Origin: Bispira polyomma
Lineage: Eukaryota
Direction: 5' to 3'
DNA length: 64,000 bases
NCBI GenBank assembly: GCA_965649765.1
Contig: OZ287752.1
Location: 52,638,001 to 52,702,000, forward strand
Shown in pieces: positions 1-12,200 of the stretch. Each line of letters starts with the position of its first letter. Positions within the stretch are counted from its first letter, which is position 1. The position numbers and the translations under genes were made by a program. The notes beneath the pieces are model-generated. The model was given only the letters and a program-made list of their open reading frames with translations, was not told the origin of the DNA and did not search any database.

Positions 1-2470
1 ACATCTTCTAAGGCAGAAAGAAGTAGTCAGGTTTCTGAAGAACATGGTGTCCAAACCCGTGTAAATAATGGTAAAATGTTTAAAACTAGAATTGTGTACA
101 GTAATACATGTCTGCATGGAAGTAGCACGCACTGGAGGGCCTATTGGTTTAAAAGTAATAATGTGTCATATGCAGACGTTTTGAAAAAAACGTCCTTTTC
201 CCACATGTGTGGTTAACAGTGATATTGTGAAAAAGTGTAATATGTTTGCAAATTGTAACAACAAAGTTTCAGATAAATCGGAGGAGTCTGATCTGGTCCA
301 GAAAGGCCACAGCAGGTGGGGGGAAATAGGTGAGAAAACCCACACAATGCCCCCCCCCCCTTCTTTGCTAATAACAAAGAATATGTTACCACAAGGATTC
401 CTGACCCAACCCCAACAAAGCCATCGTCACAAAACACATCACACCTTTCCAAAGGTGTTGGTCTAAACAAAGGGGATGGGGGTAGAAGTGTGAAGGAAAA
501 CACTGGTGTACAAAAAGTCACATATAGTCATTCACAACAAAAGGCCTGGGTTTTACCCATTCAAAATAAGTTTAACCTATTAAGTGACAATAGCGACGTC
601 CAAAAATTTTCTTTCAGTGACAATACACTCTCACAGGCCCACACACGTGTGGTACAACCAAGTATTAATCTTAAGCATAACAAAGACAAAGGCCATAGAA
701 ATGTCACCAAAGGGGACAAGTACGACCTGGAACTACAGTTCAGGCCCAAGAACAGGGAACTAATTAAGGACACTTTTGGGGAGCCCCAATTTCAGCAATG
801 GAATTCCCAAACCATTGACAAATTTGGCTTTATTCCATTAGGGAACGTGCATATACCTAAAACAGATAAGCATGTTCAGACTCGAGCAACACTATTGCAG
901 CTACATAGGGAAATTAAAAAACAAAAATCCCACAATTTCATGGGCTCTCAAATCGAAATTTAATCTCAATTAAAAGCAGATGCGTGGCAAAGCTACCTAC
1001 GGGATTACTGGGATAAACAATTACCTTTCCTGATAAGGTATGGGTTCCCCCTAGATTTTAATCCACATAGTAAGCTTTCCCACACAGAGAAAAACCATCA
1101 GTCTGCCACTCAGTTTCCAGATGATGTGCGGGCGTATCTCAAAGAAGAAACCGAATTTGGGGCTTTGTTGGGGCCGTTTGATAGTGCCCCCATAAAAAAC
1201 TTACACATCTCTCCATTTATGACCAGCGAAAAGCCGGGCGCAGCCCATAGGCGAGTAATAATAGATCTCAGCTTTCCCCATGGAGAGTCTGTCAATTCAG
1301 CTGTACCAAAAGACAGGTATCTTGACACTTCATTTGCTCTGACATTACCAACAATCGATACAATCACCAATAAGATTTTAAAATTAGGCCGTGGTACTCA
1401 ATTGTATAAAATTGACGTCAGCCGCGCATTTCACCACGTCAAAATTGATCCAGCTGATTATAATTTGTTAGGCCTTAAACTGGATAAGTATTATGTAGAT
1501 TCATGTTTGCCATTCGGTTTTCGTCATGGTAGCACACTTTTTCAGCGTCTAAGTGACGCCATTAGATATATCATGAAACGCCAGGGTTATGACGTCACCA
1601 ACTACATAGATGACGTAATCGGGTATGGTGATGTCATAGAAAGCAAACGTTCTTTTGATATTCTGTATAACCTGCTTCATGAACTAGGTTTCGCGATTAG
1701 CGAGAAAAAATTGGTGCACCCAAGCACGGAAGTCACATGCCTGAGCGTCCTGGTAAATACAATAGATTTAACAGTTTCACTGCCCTCAGACAAACTAACT
1801 GAAATTAACACTCTTGTTCAAAATTGGCATGCTAGAGGTCACTGTACAAACGACAATTGCAGTATCGCGTGTCTTTCTTAACCGTATGCTAGATGCCTTG
1901 AGGTCAGTCGGTGCTAACCAAAAAATACAGCTTACCTCTGAATTTCAACAGGATGTCAACTGGTTTCGTAAATTTCTTAATGGTAAGGCTTTCTTTGAAC
2001 ATAAACCTACCACAGACTGTGTACAACTGGATGCCTGCCTTCAAGGGTTGGGTGGCAGGTGTAATGATCATGTGTATCAATACTCAATTCCTTTGGGATA
2101 CCTAGATTTGACTATAGTGCACCTCGAAATGTTGAACATCTTGGTAGCCATCAGGGTCTGGAAATCACAGTGGGCAGGAAAAAGACTTATAATACAATGT
2201 GATAATGCAGCTGTGGTCACAATTTTGATCTCTGGTAAGACTAAAGACTTGACCCTTGCAGCCATGGCCAGGAACATTTTTATGGAAGTGGCTTCTGTAG
2301 ATATTAGTTTGAAAACCATACATACCCTAGGCAGACTGAATACAGTCAATGATCTGTTGTCTAGATGGCAGCTCACCAGCAATAATAATAGCAAACTAGT
2401 AGACCTTATTCCAAATCCTAAGTGGGTTCAAGTTAAAGATACCATGCTAAACATAGACTGGTCTATATAA
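1..2470 (+). pseudogene. E1 pol (RT + RNase H), broken by stops and frameshifts
   Basis: ORF pieces 490-963, 1126-1881 and 1814-2470 align with the intact E4 pol (YWDxQLP..GFPLD, SPFMT, RRVIIDLS, LPFGFRHGS, YIDD). Confidence 0.9.
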
Positions 2471-2476
2471 TTGCAG

Positions 2477-3479
2477 ATGTACCCTCCCAGTTAAGAAAGA
2501 TTGCTGTACAGGCATCACACAGAGCCCATCAAGCTTTCAGACCAGCCACTGAAAGGGCCTACACAAATATGTTTAGGATCTTCTTGGCCTATTGTTGTGT
2601 TTCACAGGTCAGACCACAGCTAGTGTCTCCTTTAATATTATTGGCCTTCTTGGAAGTTTTAGTGGTAAATCACGTCTCTTCCCCTTCAATTGCAAACTAT
2701 CTTTCTGCAATTAAAGCAAAATTATCCCTTTTTGGCCTGGATGTGTCTGCATTTGCAGATCCTAGAATTAAATACTACCAAAAAGCGTTAGTGCTCAATA
2801 GCCCTTTTAGGGCAAAAATTAAAGCAATTATTGACATACCACTCCTTCATCAAATTGTGCAAATGTGTGATAACATGTATATGGGCCAGGTGTTTAAGGC
2901 ACTTTACTTAATTGCATTTTTCTCTTTTCTTAGGATTTCAAATCTAGTCCCTCATGCAGTGTCCCAATATTCTCCTCTTGTTCAACTGGCTAGGGGGGAT
3001 ATTATATTTGCCCCCCCCCCCCCCCCCCCCCTGGCCTCCATATAATAATAAAATGGTCTAAGACCCTTTAATCTAAAAATGTAGCTAAAGTATTGAAATT
3101 ACCAAAATTAGTGGGCTCTGCATTGTGCCCAGTGACTGCAGCAAGATCCTTATTGGCCATCACGTCTGGCCCTAAAAATGCCCCTCTCTTCCAATTTAAA
3201 AAAGATGATAATTGGTACCCAATGACGGACACCAGAGTTCGTGCAAATTTAGCTCAAATCCTCAATCGACTGGGACTTCATAACTCTAATATTACTTTTC
3301 ACACTTTACGGCGTTCAGGGGCCACTCTGGCTTTTAATAATAACGTACATCCAGACATCCAGAGCCATGGCACCTGGACGTCAGACTGTGTCTGGAAATA
3401 CATAATTCAGGACCATAATGCATTCCACCAAGTGGCCCTCGCCTTCAAGTCACTTCTCTCTAACCCTACTACTTCCTAA
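2477..3479 (+). pseudogene. E1 tyrosine recombinase, frameshifted at a C-homopolymer (3011-3030)
   Basis: ORFs 2569-3045 and 3093-3479 carry the R, HxxR, H/W and Y motifs. The frame is open from the splice acceptor at 2475-2476. Confidence 0.9.
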
Positions 3480-3489
3480 TTGGGTTTTG

Positions 3490-3911
3490 GGGCTTTATTT
3501 ACATACAACATATACAATATATACCTTAATCTTTGAAATGTAAAATTTTGGGCCACCTTAGCACCTCATTTCACCTAAACTTTATATTACACACCTTTAC
3601 TAAATAAATTTTGGCAACCTTAACAAAATTTAAGGTTACCTCAAACTCTAAAAACTTAAACTCAACTTAGGTAACCCTAACTTTTAAGTTAGGGTCACCC
3701 TTAACTTAAACTTCTTATTCCAAATTTAACCAACCCTAACTTCCACAAGTTAGGGTCCCCTTAACTTAAATTATTTTGGCCCCCTTAGCTCTAAACTCAG
3801 TATGTAAATAAACTATTAGTGATAACATAGATATTAATCTAATATCCCCAACCTATCTCTTTTATTGACTTGTATTTATAATTCTCCCAAGGTCAAAAGG
3901 GTAGGGCACTG
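3490..3911 (+). repeat. E1 repeat B1 (direct repeat of ~4930-5418; B1 lacks ~70 bp that B2 has)
   Basis: Near-identical sequence ending ...AAGGGTAGGGCACTG in both copies. Confidence 0.9.
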
Positions 3912-4929
3912 TGCGGGGTAGCCCCGTAGGGGATAGCTAGTTCAGTGCTACCAGCTATCAGTATTTTGTTAAACTTACCTGTGGGGTCATAACCCTCGAA
4001 CCTTGTGCTGATTGGCGAACTCTGCACTAATTAACCTCACTTTTTCCGCTTCTCTTTAGAAATCTCCACTTGTAATATTGAAGTCAATTAGGCAACAACA
4101 CCATTTAAAAAATTTTTTACTCCCACCCTCTTCCCCTACTACTTCCTCTGCAACTTTCAGTTATTCTCCGTCCGTTGGAGCAAGCTTCAGTCCCCGGGGT
4201 TCCTGAAGTCTCTCTTTACACCTTGGCGCAGGGGAGTGAGGGGTTGGGGCTGTGGGCCCTCTAGATATGCATTAATGCTGGTCTTCACGGCTTCTTCCTC
4301 GTGCGGGCCTTCAGGGGCCTCAGGTGACTTGTCTCCCGAAACCTCTGGGTAACTCCAGGGTCCTTATGGGGCCACACTTATTTCAGGTAGCTGGAAGTTG
4401 CTGAGATTGTTTCCCTTTTGTTTTCATCAATTGTATTTCACATTTCATGTTTTCAGGGTTATGCCCCCACTATGATGTCATTCAAGCGTGTTTTAACTAA
4501 TAGAATTATATGTTATGAAGTGTTTTCAGGGTTGTCAACCCATGAGAATGCTAGTATATGGTTGTTAACTTAAATAGTATGTCATCACGCGAGTGTGTGT
4601 TATATAAAGTTATGGTCACATGCTAACAATTAAGTATGTAGTTTCAGACACATGGACTCAGCAATGGCTGTGGTGCAATGGACTCTGAGCAATATTCATG
4701 GACTCTGTGGTCATGGACCCGGCGCCTAGAACGAAGGTCAACACGATTTAAAATTTGGCTCCTGTCTGTATGCATGTTCTAATAAGCCATGGTCATTGTA
4801 TATGCCAAGGGTTTAAGGTTTAGTGAGCTTTATCTGCTACTTCATTGGACTCTAACTCGGGTAGCATAGGTTTTTAGTTTTAGCTAGGTACCATGGTTTT
4901 TAAAAATTTTATTTTATTTTACCCTTTTT

Positions 4930-5418
4930 TGGGCCTTTATTTACTTACAACATATACAATATATACCTTAATGTTTGAAATGTAAAATTTTGGGCCACCT
5001 TAGCACCTCATTTCCCTTAAACTTTATATTATACACCTTTACTAATTAAATTTTGGCAACCTTAACAAAATTTAAGGTTACCTCAAACTCCAAAAACTTA
5101 ACTTAGGTAACCCTAACTTTTAAGTTAGGGCCACCCTTAACTTAAACTTCTTATTCCAAATTTAACCAACCCTAACTTCCATAAGTTAGGGTCCCCTTAA
5201 CTTAAATTATTTTGGCCCCCTTAGCTTAACTAGTTTAGGCTAAGGTGACCTTAACTCCTTTCTTCTAAATCTCTAAAATTTTGGTGCTAGGGTGGCTCTA
5301 AACTCAGTATGTAAATAAACTATTATCGATAACATAGATATTAAACTAATATCCCCAACCTATCTCTTTTATTGACTTGTATTTATAATTCTCCCAAGGT
5401 CAAAAGGGTAGGGCACTG
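4930..5418 (+). repeat. E1 repeat B2 (3' terminus)
   Basis: Direct repeat of B1. It contains AATAAA and ends GGGCACTG(TG). Confidence 0.9.
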
Positions 5419-6085
5419 TGATAGAGCAGAACCTATTTTAACTGCTTGTACACCATTTGAAGACAGTGCCTTAGAAACCAAACCATAATGACAAACAGTC
5501 AAGAAGTGTACTGTGATCAATTGTACCAAAGTCAGCCCACGGTACAAGCATCACTAATGCCATGGGTTCAACTTTAGATAAAGAAATATGTGTATCATTC
5601 TTTATAGACAATAAAGCTGTTTTTGTGGAACGACCACTCTTTTAGGCTGATTTATTTAAATTTCACAGTCCATTGACATGCTTCGTTTGACCACTTAATA
5701 CTTATAGATGTAATGATTGTGCTATGAATACAGATTTACATAGATTCACAGATTGTATATTAGTTGATCTTGCATATTCAGACATTTTAATAAAGAAAGA
5801 ATAGGGATATGAATATGACTGCTACAAAAGGATTTACTGTATTTACAAGGATACAAGTTTTCTGTCATCTATTTCCAACAGTTTTTTTAAACATGTATCT
5901 AACAGTCAGAGAAAGACAAATTCACAGAAATAGTGGCATATGTCATTACTACAACTTGATCATTTTAGTGGTGAAGAAATTTGCTGCGTTGTAGTCAATA
6001 CTTAGTCAACAATGTAAGCTTAAATTTACAAACCCTTGTGTTGTTTTTCATTCATGTATAGTGTTATATATTGGGGAAATGTTAC

Positions 6086-6234
6086 TTGATTCTGATGCAA
6101 GTGACTCATTCCTCTGGCCACTTGCTCTGCAAAGCTGTTCATCTGGTCTTCTATGTCACTGGTAATCTTTTCCAACTTCTTCAGCCACTTAAGTAACTTG
6201 CCCTCTTCACAGTACTCCAAAATGATCATAGGTC
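6086..6234 (-). CDS. RTK-like kinase exon (subdomains V-VIa)
   Basis: GPMIILEYCEEGKLLKWL..QVARGMSHLHQNQ, flanked by ttttcag and gtaaca. Confidence 0.85.
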
Positions 6235-9200
6235 CTGAAAACAGTAGCACATTGTTTAGTTCCAAAAGGAGAAATAAAGTCAAATGAACATGGCATTAAC
6301 CCGATCTGAATTACACATCAGCACAGATCATAATGGAGCAATGAAGTTGTAATTTGGTAGAAGATTTGTCTAGAATTTTGCGACATCATTTGTCGAATCT
6401 ACTTTAGCATTTATAAGATAAAATGTATAACCAATAAAAAGAACATATTACTCTTCAAAACTAACTGATGAATTTAATTTAAATCCTTTCTGATCAAATG
6501 TCATAACTTCCTGATACAAAACAAGTGTGTACTAGCCAACACAGATTCGGCAGACTACATTTATGAAAGGAAATCACAAAATCAAATACAACTTCAGCCA
6601 TCATAATCCATGTGAAATGCTTATTGCTAGAACCAGCCAAATGTTTTTCAGCAGGGTATAGATGAAGGTTCGTTTGGCCTAGTTGTTAGGGCGTTGGTCT
6701 TCGGACTGTTTTGTCCCCAATTCAACTCCTAGTACTATTACAGTAGGTACTGCAAATAAGATACTTGCACTAGATGTGAAGACACAATAACCTCTCCATT
6801 AACAACTGGTACAAAGTCAAAGTTCAGGGTTTTACGTCCCGCTCAACAGCCAGGGTCATATTGGGACAGGCCCACAGCATTTGTCACTTGTGGGAGGCGA
6901 ACCCACACAGAGGTGACAGCCTGTGATTAGATGCCAAACTTGCAAACCACTCGGCCACTGAGGACAACTGGTACAAGATTATAAGACTATCCCTCCTTGG
7001 AGAATAATAACCTCTACTAGCACTATCTAAATACTTTCATGATTGGGTTAATTTTACTTTCAATAAAGTTAGATTGACATTATCATGTTGTATAATTATC
7101 TATCTTGTTGTTATATTATCCCAATAATGGAATATATAACACTATTAACCATATTATAATAGATTTTAATGTAAAAATTTCTCAATTTATAATAACAATA
7201 CCAAGTAAAAATATGGACAAACCTATTATAAAACATTTTAAAATTATATCTATTATACACATGCTATAACTAAATGTATGATGGGAGAAAGATATGAGTT
7301 TGACTGCAAAACCTGTGATTTTACTCATATTTTTAATCTTGAGATATTAATTTTATGATAATTTTAAAATTTCATTCATCTTTGTTGAGAGTATAATTCT
7401 GATACCGAAATAACCCTTTTGAGAAAATAGACACACTAACGTTTTGTCACAACAATGATTTAGATTAAAGAGCCTAATGGTCATTAGCAGGAATTAATTA
7501 AATATGGAAAATCATTTAACCAGTATTAGCATGATAAATTACTGGCATCGCCCTGATTACTGATAATAATGGCTAGTAATATGCTAAATATATTACATTA
7601 AGTATACGTGGCTGCATGGTATTTATGGTTTAGCAGTCAGAATGTTCGACTTTTGATCAGAGGGTCCCAGGTTGGATCTAATCTGCCTGCAAATGTTACT
7701 GTTGGGAAAGATATTATACACAAAGTTCTCCTTCTTTAATCAGGTGTATAAATAGCTAACAATCCACTAATGAGTGCCAGTCCTAGTACCATAAGAGCAT
7801 GGCTAGTTTTCTCCCTTTGGGAGCAGAAAACCTACAACTGAATGAACATACCTTCGGGTGTAGGAACTGCAGCCATAAACTTTAGGACATTTTCATGTGT
7901 TGATACAGAACTAAGGAAGGCCATTTTTGCCTCCATTAGAGATTTATCTTTCTCTGTGGCACCAACTGGGACAGGCAGAAATAAGGAAATATCACAAGTT
8001 ACAGGTATATGTAAATACATTTAAGGCTTTAGTAACGTAAACACACAAATGTGCGGCCCGTAAATTGTACTGCACTTACGAAAATATTTTAACCATAAGT
8101 ACCCACTATGGTAGCCTTAAAATATGTCTTTAGTGACAGTTTTTAGCAGTTTTACATGCAAATACCATTCAAAAGTTTACTATTTTGTTGAAAAAGGGTT
8201 AAAACGCACATATAACAATTCGTGTATTGTGACGTCACACAACTTGAAATCTGTAGTGGAACGTCATATTTGTAAACATTTCTCGCAGAGAGCCCCTTCT
8301 ATTGTGACACAATATGAGTATTGATCCAGCATATATAAAGATATTATATAGGCTACACAACTTTAAAAAACGTGTATATTGTTTTGAATGAATTACATTT
8401 TTAGATATGTTTCCCTAAGTTTTATAAACGAAGAATACAAAGTATCTTTCTATTTAGAAGAGTGTAACTTTAAAGTTTTACTAAAATTATCCGTTTTTGG
8501 GCTTTTATTAAAAAAACGAATTCATTTAAAATATTGCTGATGTTTTCTTTTTTCTAGTCATGTATAATACTTAAGTATTGATCCCTTCTTGGTATATGAA
8601 TTGTGTCACGTTTGTGAAGCATGTACTTTGAAAATATTACCCATTTTTGTTACAATTTTACACACTACTATATGCATTGTATGTCTCAAAATATGTATTA
8701 AAATGATACGTAAAATATATGAATTAGTATATAATTAAAATAGATGTCATGCTTTATTATTTCTACCCATGAAAATGTAAATATGTTATCTATAAATAGA
8801 GTTTAAGGCCACAAAGAAAAAGTTGTGCAGTTTCTGAGAAGCTCAAGCACACATAACGTAGTTATCCGCGATCGTTTTTTGTGTTTACGTCACTAAAGCC
8901 TTAAAAGAAATTAACAAAGTTTTGAAGGAAAACAAGTGCTGTAAAAGGTGCAGATGAATAACTGCTATTAAGCTTTCACATGACATTTGTTGCAAAACCA
9001 CTAACACGTCAACTGCATTTATTGGCTTTACAATATGTTCTGGTCTTTTTCCAGTTTCATACAGTTGAACTATGACGTCTATGCTAATGGATAATATTTG
9101 GGTCTAATGCATGTTTATTTCTTACTTATGAGCTTGCTTGCCTAATGACTACACATTGAGATAACAGAAATAATTGATAGCGCCATGAGTCCTACATTGT

Positions 9201-12200
9201 GAAGGAGGTACAGTGCCAGCCAAGATTATTAGCACAGGATATGACACAAAATACGTCAATCCATTCCTACCTTTATTTACTTTGGCAACTACATCAATTG
9301 ACTTTCTTGACTGTTGTAATTTTGCCTTGAGTATCTCAGCAAACGCCCCTTTGGCCAAAGGTAAGGGATCACCTAATGCAACTGTGTCATTAGTCAGCTA
9401 TGTTGATAAAACAAAAAAATAATCTCTAATAAATTATATATACTGAATATTTAGTACATTATTCATTTAGACTTAACATCTTCAGAAACTGCTCAGCAGA
9501 ACATAAGATATATATTGTATGTGTGTTGGTTTATGCAGAAATAGTTTATTGACATTGAAGACTAGCATCATTAATATACATGTATAAAAGCTCATTGTAT
9601 TTGGATCCAATTGAATATGAAAATTTTATTGATCATTCCTTTATGCTGAGTTTTATATTTACTAAAGGCTATTAAACAGTTTGCAATTTTGATTGTCATA
9701 CTTATTCCTGCACTAAAAATACAACCTGATATAGCAAATTTATGAGGTCAGTTTAGTTTCTATATAGATTGACAAATAAACAATAGATATATATTTCCAT
9801 ATCATTTACTATATATGTCATTTATGTTATGTGGTACCTTCCATTCCATAGTTCCTAAAGGTTCTTCACCACCATCGGAGTAAAAATTATCTTCTATCTC
9901 CCCATCATATGCAACCCTGTATGTCTGGAATATATGTGAAAAAAGGAAACAATTAGGTGATATACACAGAGGATGTTCTTCAGCAAATGTGAAACAAGTT
10001 ATCTTATTGAAGCATAACTTGATAGCTCTTTCAGTAATGGTTGGTATATAACATATTACTGACCTTGGCTTTTGTGCCCTGCTCTAAATGTTCATCGTGT
10101 TCATATGGATTCCTCTGGTATATCCTGTTGTTTGTAGTGATGCTACTTACTGCTTGTCCTGGGTCAACAATACATAATGTAACAAAGAATTTGCTTAGCA
10201 CGACCATGGAGGGGTCTGCTGGTTCAGTTCGACTTTATTTATGTATAACCTTAATTAGCTAGGTTCACTCTGTTATCCCCCTCTTCTCTCTATCATCAGT
10301 AGCCAATCATATAGCTACCCTGTCTTTGGGGATAGCTTTCCCTTAGCATTCCACCATTTTACATTTATGTTTACATCCATCAACAAGTGGAAAATTTATT
10401 TCTTTTTAATTCCCACCTTCCTCCCCTCATTCCACCTTATCTAAGGTTTCTCTTTATCTTATTATTTACTTTTCAACAACACACTCTAATGCTAGCAGGT
10501 TCAGTCTTGTGTTCATTTCTTGCTGGCCTCATCACTTTGCAGCTGTAAGTTTTCCAAAAATTATACATTGAAATTTTAACTTGTCTCTTCCTACTTTTAA
10601 CATGTAACGTTTTACTCTAGCAACTTATTTTCTTACTATTGTTATTGTTGTTTTGCTAAAAGGCAAGTACTATTATACTTTATCTTTTATGCTATTGTGG
10701 TGAGAGCCACTCTATTATTCCTAGTTATTTTACAGGGACGTTGTATACTATGTTTTAACCAGGGCTAGTCCCGTTTACATTGTGTTGCACATGCTAGTCA
10801 TGGGTATATTTAAAATCTCTACCAAGGTTTCAATTTTAAACCTTAGTTTTTATAATTGTATATGTAAAATTAATACTAACTTGTACAGAATAAATTCTGC
10901 AAACACATCTTTCATTACTTCTCAAGGTCACCTTTACTTAACTGACCTCAACCTCACCTGGCCTTAAAGTGGAACTGTTATAAAAACCATCAAAGCTAAT
11001 CTTTTACAAATATGTAGTTTCTCAGGGACAATTTCATTGCATTTCCATTTTATTCATTGGAGTATAGGAAAATTAACCTAGAAAAAACTATTATATTTAA
11101 ATTTTACTTAGACCAATGTAGCTTTTCAATATTTTTCTTGCATATGTATAGTTACATCTTGTCTTTTGCGACTTCCTGACCCTGTAAATTAGCAACTAAC
11201 AAAGGACCATCATTTTATGGTTGTAGAGGATGGTCAGGTGACCGGATAGTTCCCATCAATTCCATTCCCGGGCACAACATAGTAGTAATCATTATTTCAA
11301 TAGACAGTTTAAACTATTTCAAATATACAAATATATATACGTATTAAGAAACTTTAATATAAACCACAGTATATATATATATATACGTATTAAGAAACTT
11401 TAATATAAACCACAGTATATATATATATATATTTGTCCCAGTATATTTTGTGTAATGAAAAAATTCACAAAATCCTTCGAAATTTTAGGAATTTCATAGA
11501 ATATCTAATTCACCCAGTGCCTTTGCAAAACCACTAAAATTTTCACTGATTTCATGAAATTCATAAACCTGATACAAAGTATACACACAAGGTGCAAGTC
11601 AAAGATAGCAACATTACTACGTCTTTTATCTCGATACTATTATTTAATCAGGTTTTAGGCCAGCTTGGGAAACAACATATTTTATACATTAAAAGACACT
11701 TGGTCAACAGATAATACTGCTGCCTATTCTCTGAAATAATATCCTCTTCCTTTGTAATAATATATTTATTTATTTTTGTCATATTTCTCAAACAAATTCT
11801 TCTTAAATTCATCACCCAAGACTAATTAATTGCAATTACTTAATATTTCTTTTGATCTGTCCATTGTGACCTAACAATAACTTAGGTTCAAAAGCAAATA
11901 AAACATATTAGAATAGATCTACTCAGGTTAATTTCTAATTGCAATAACTCCAAGCAAGATAAAAAGAAAGTATTTACACCTGTCCCGTTAAACCTACCCG
12001 GGACTACTTATTTGTTACAGCTGAAAAGAACCTATTAAACATACAAGAACTGGTAACTTTTATCTCAACTGGTACTCTGTGGATAATCACTTAATTTAAG
12101 TAACAGAAAATTGTATTTCACAAATTTATTAAAAGTCATGCAGTAAGAATTTAGAGTAAAATTAACATAAATTTTAATTTTGCAAAATCCATAAATTGAT

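Larger units (their letters stand above)
1..5418 (+). mobile_element. E1: DIRS-order (Ngaro/PAT-type) YR retrotransposon, degenerate, 5' end outside window
   Basis: RT (NYIDD), RNase H (DAC..LEMLN..CDN..DLLSR) and YR (FLRISN..HTLRRSGA..HGTW..WKY) fragments. They are followed by B1 (~3490-3911), A2 (3912-~4113), a spacer and B2 (~4930-5418). Confidence 0.93.

Noticed and set aside
3011-3030. C20 tract as a programmed frameshift or phase-variation switch in YR
   Set aside because: It is absent from intact E4 and is more likely slippage or a homopolymer sequencing error.
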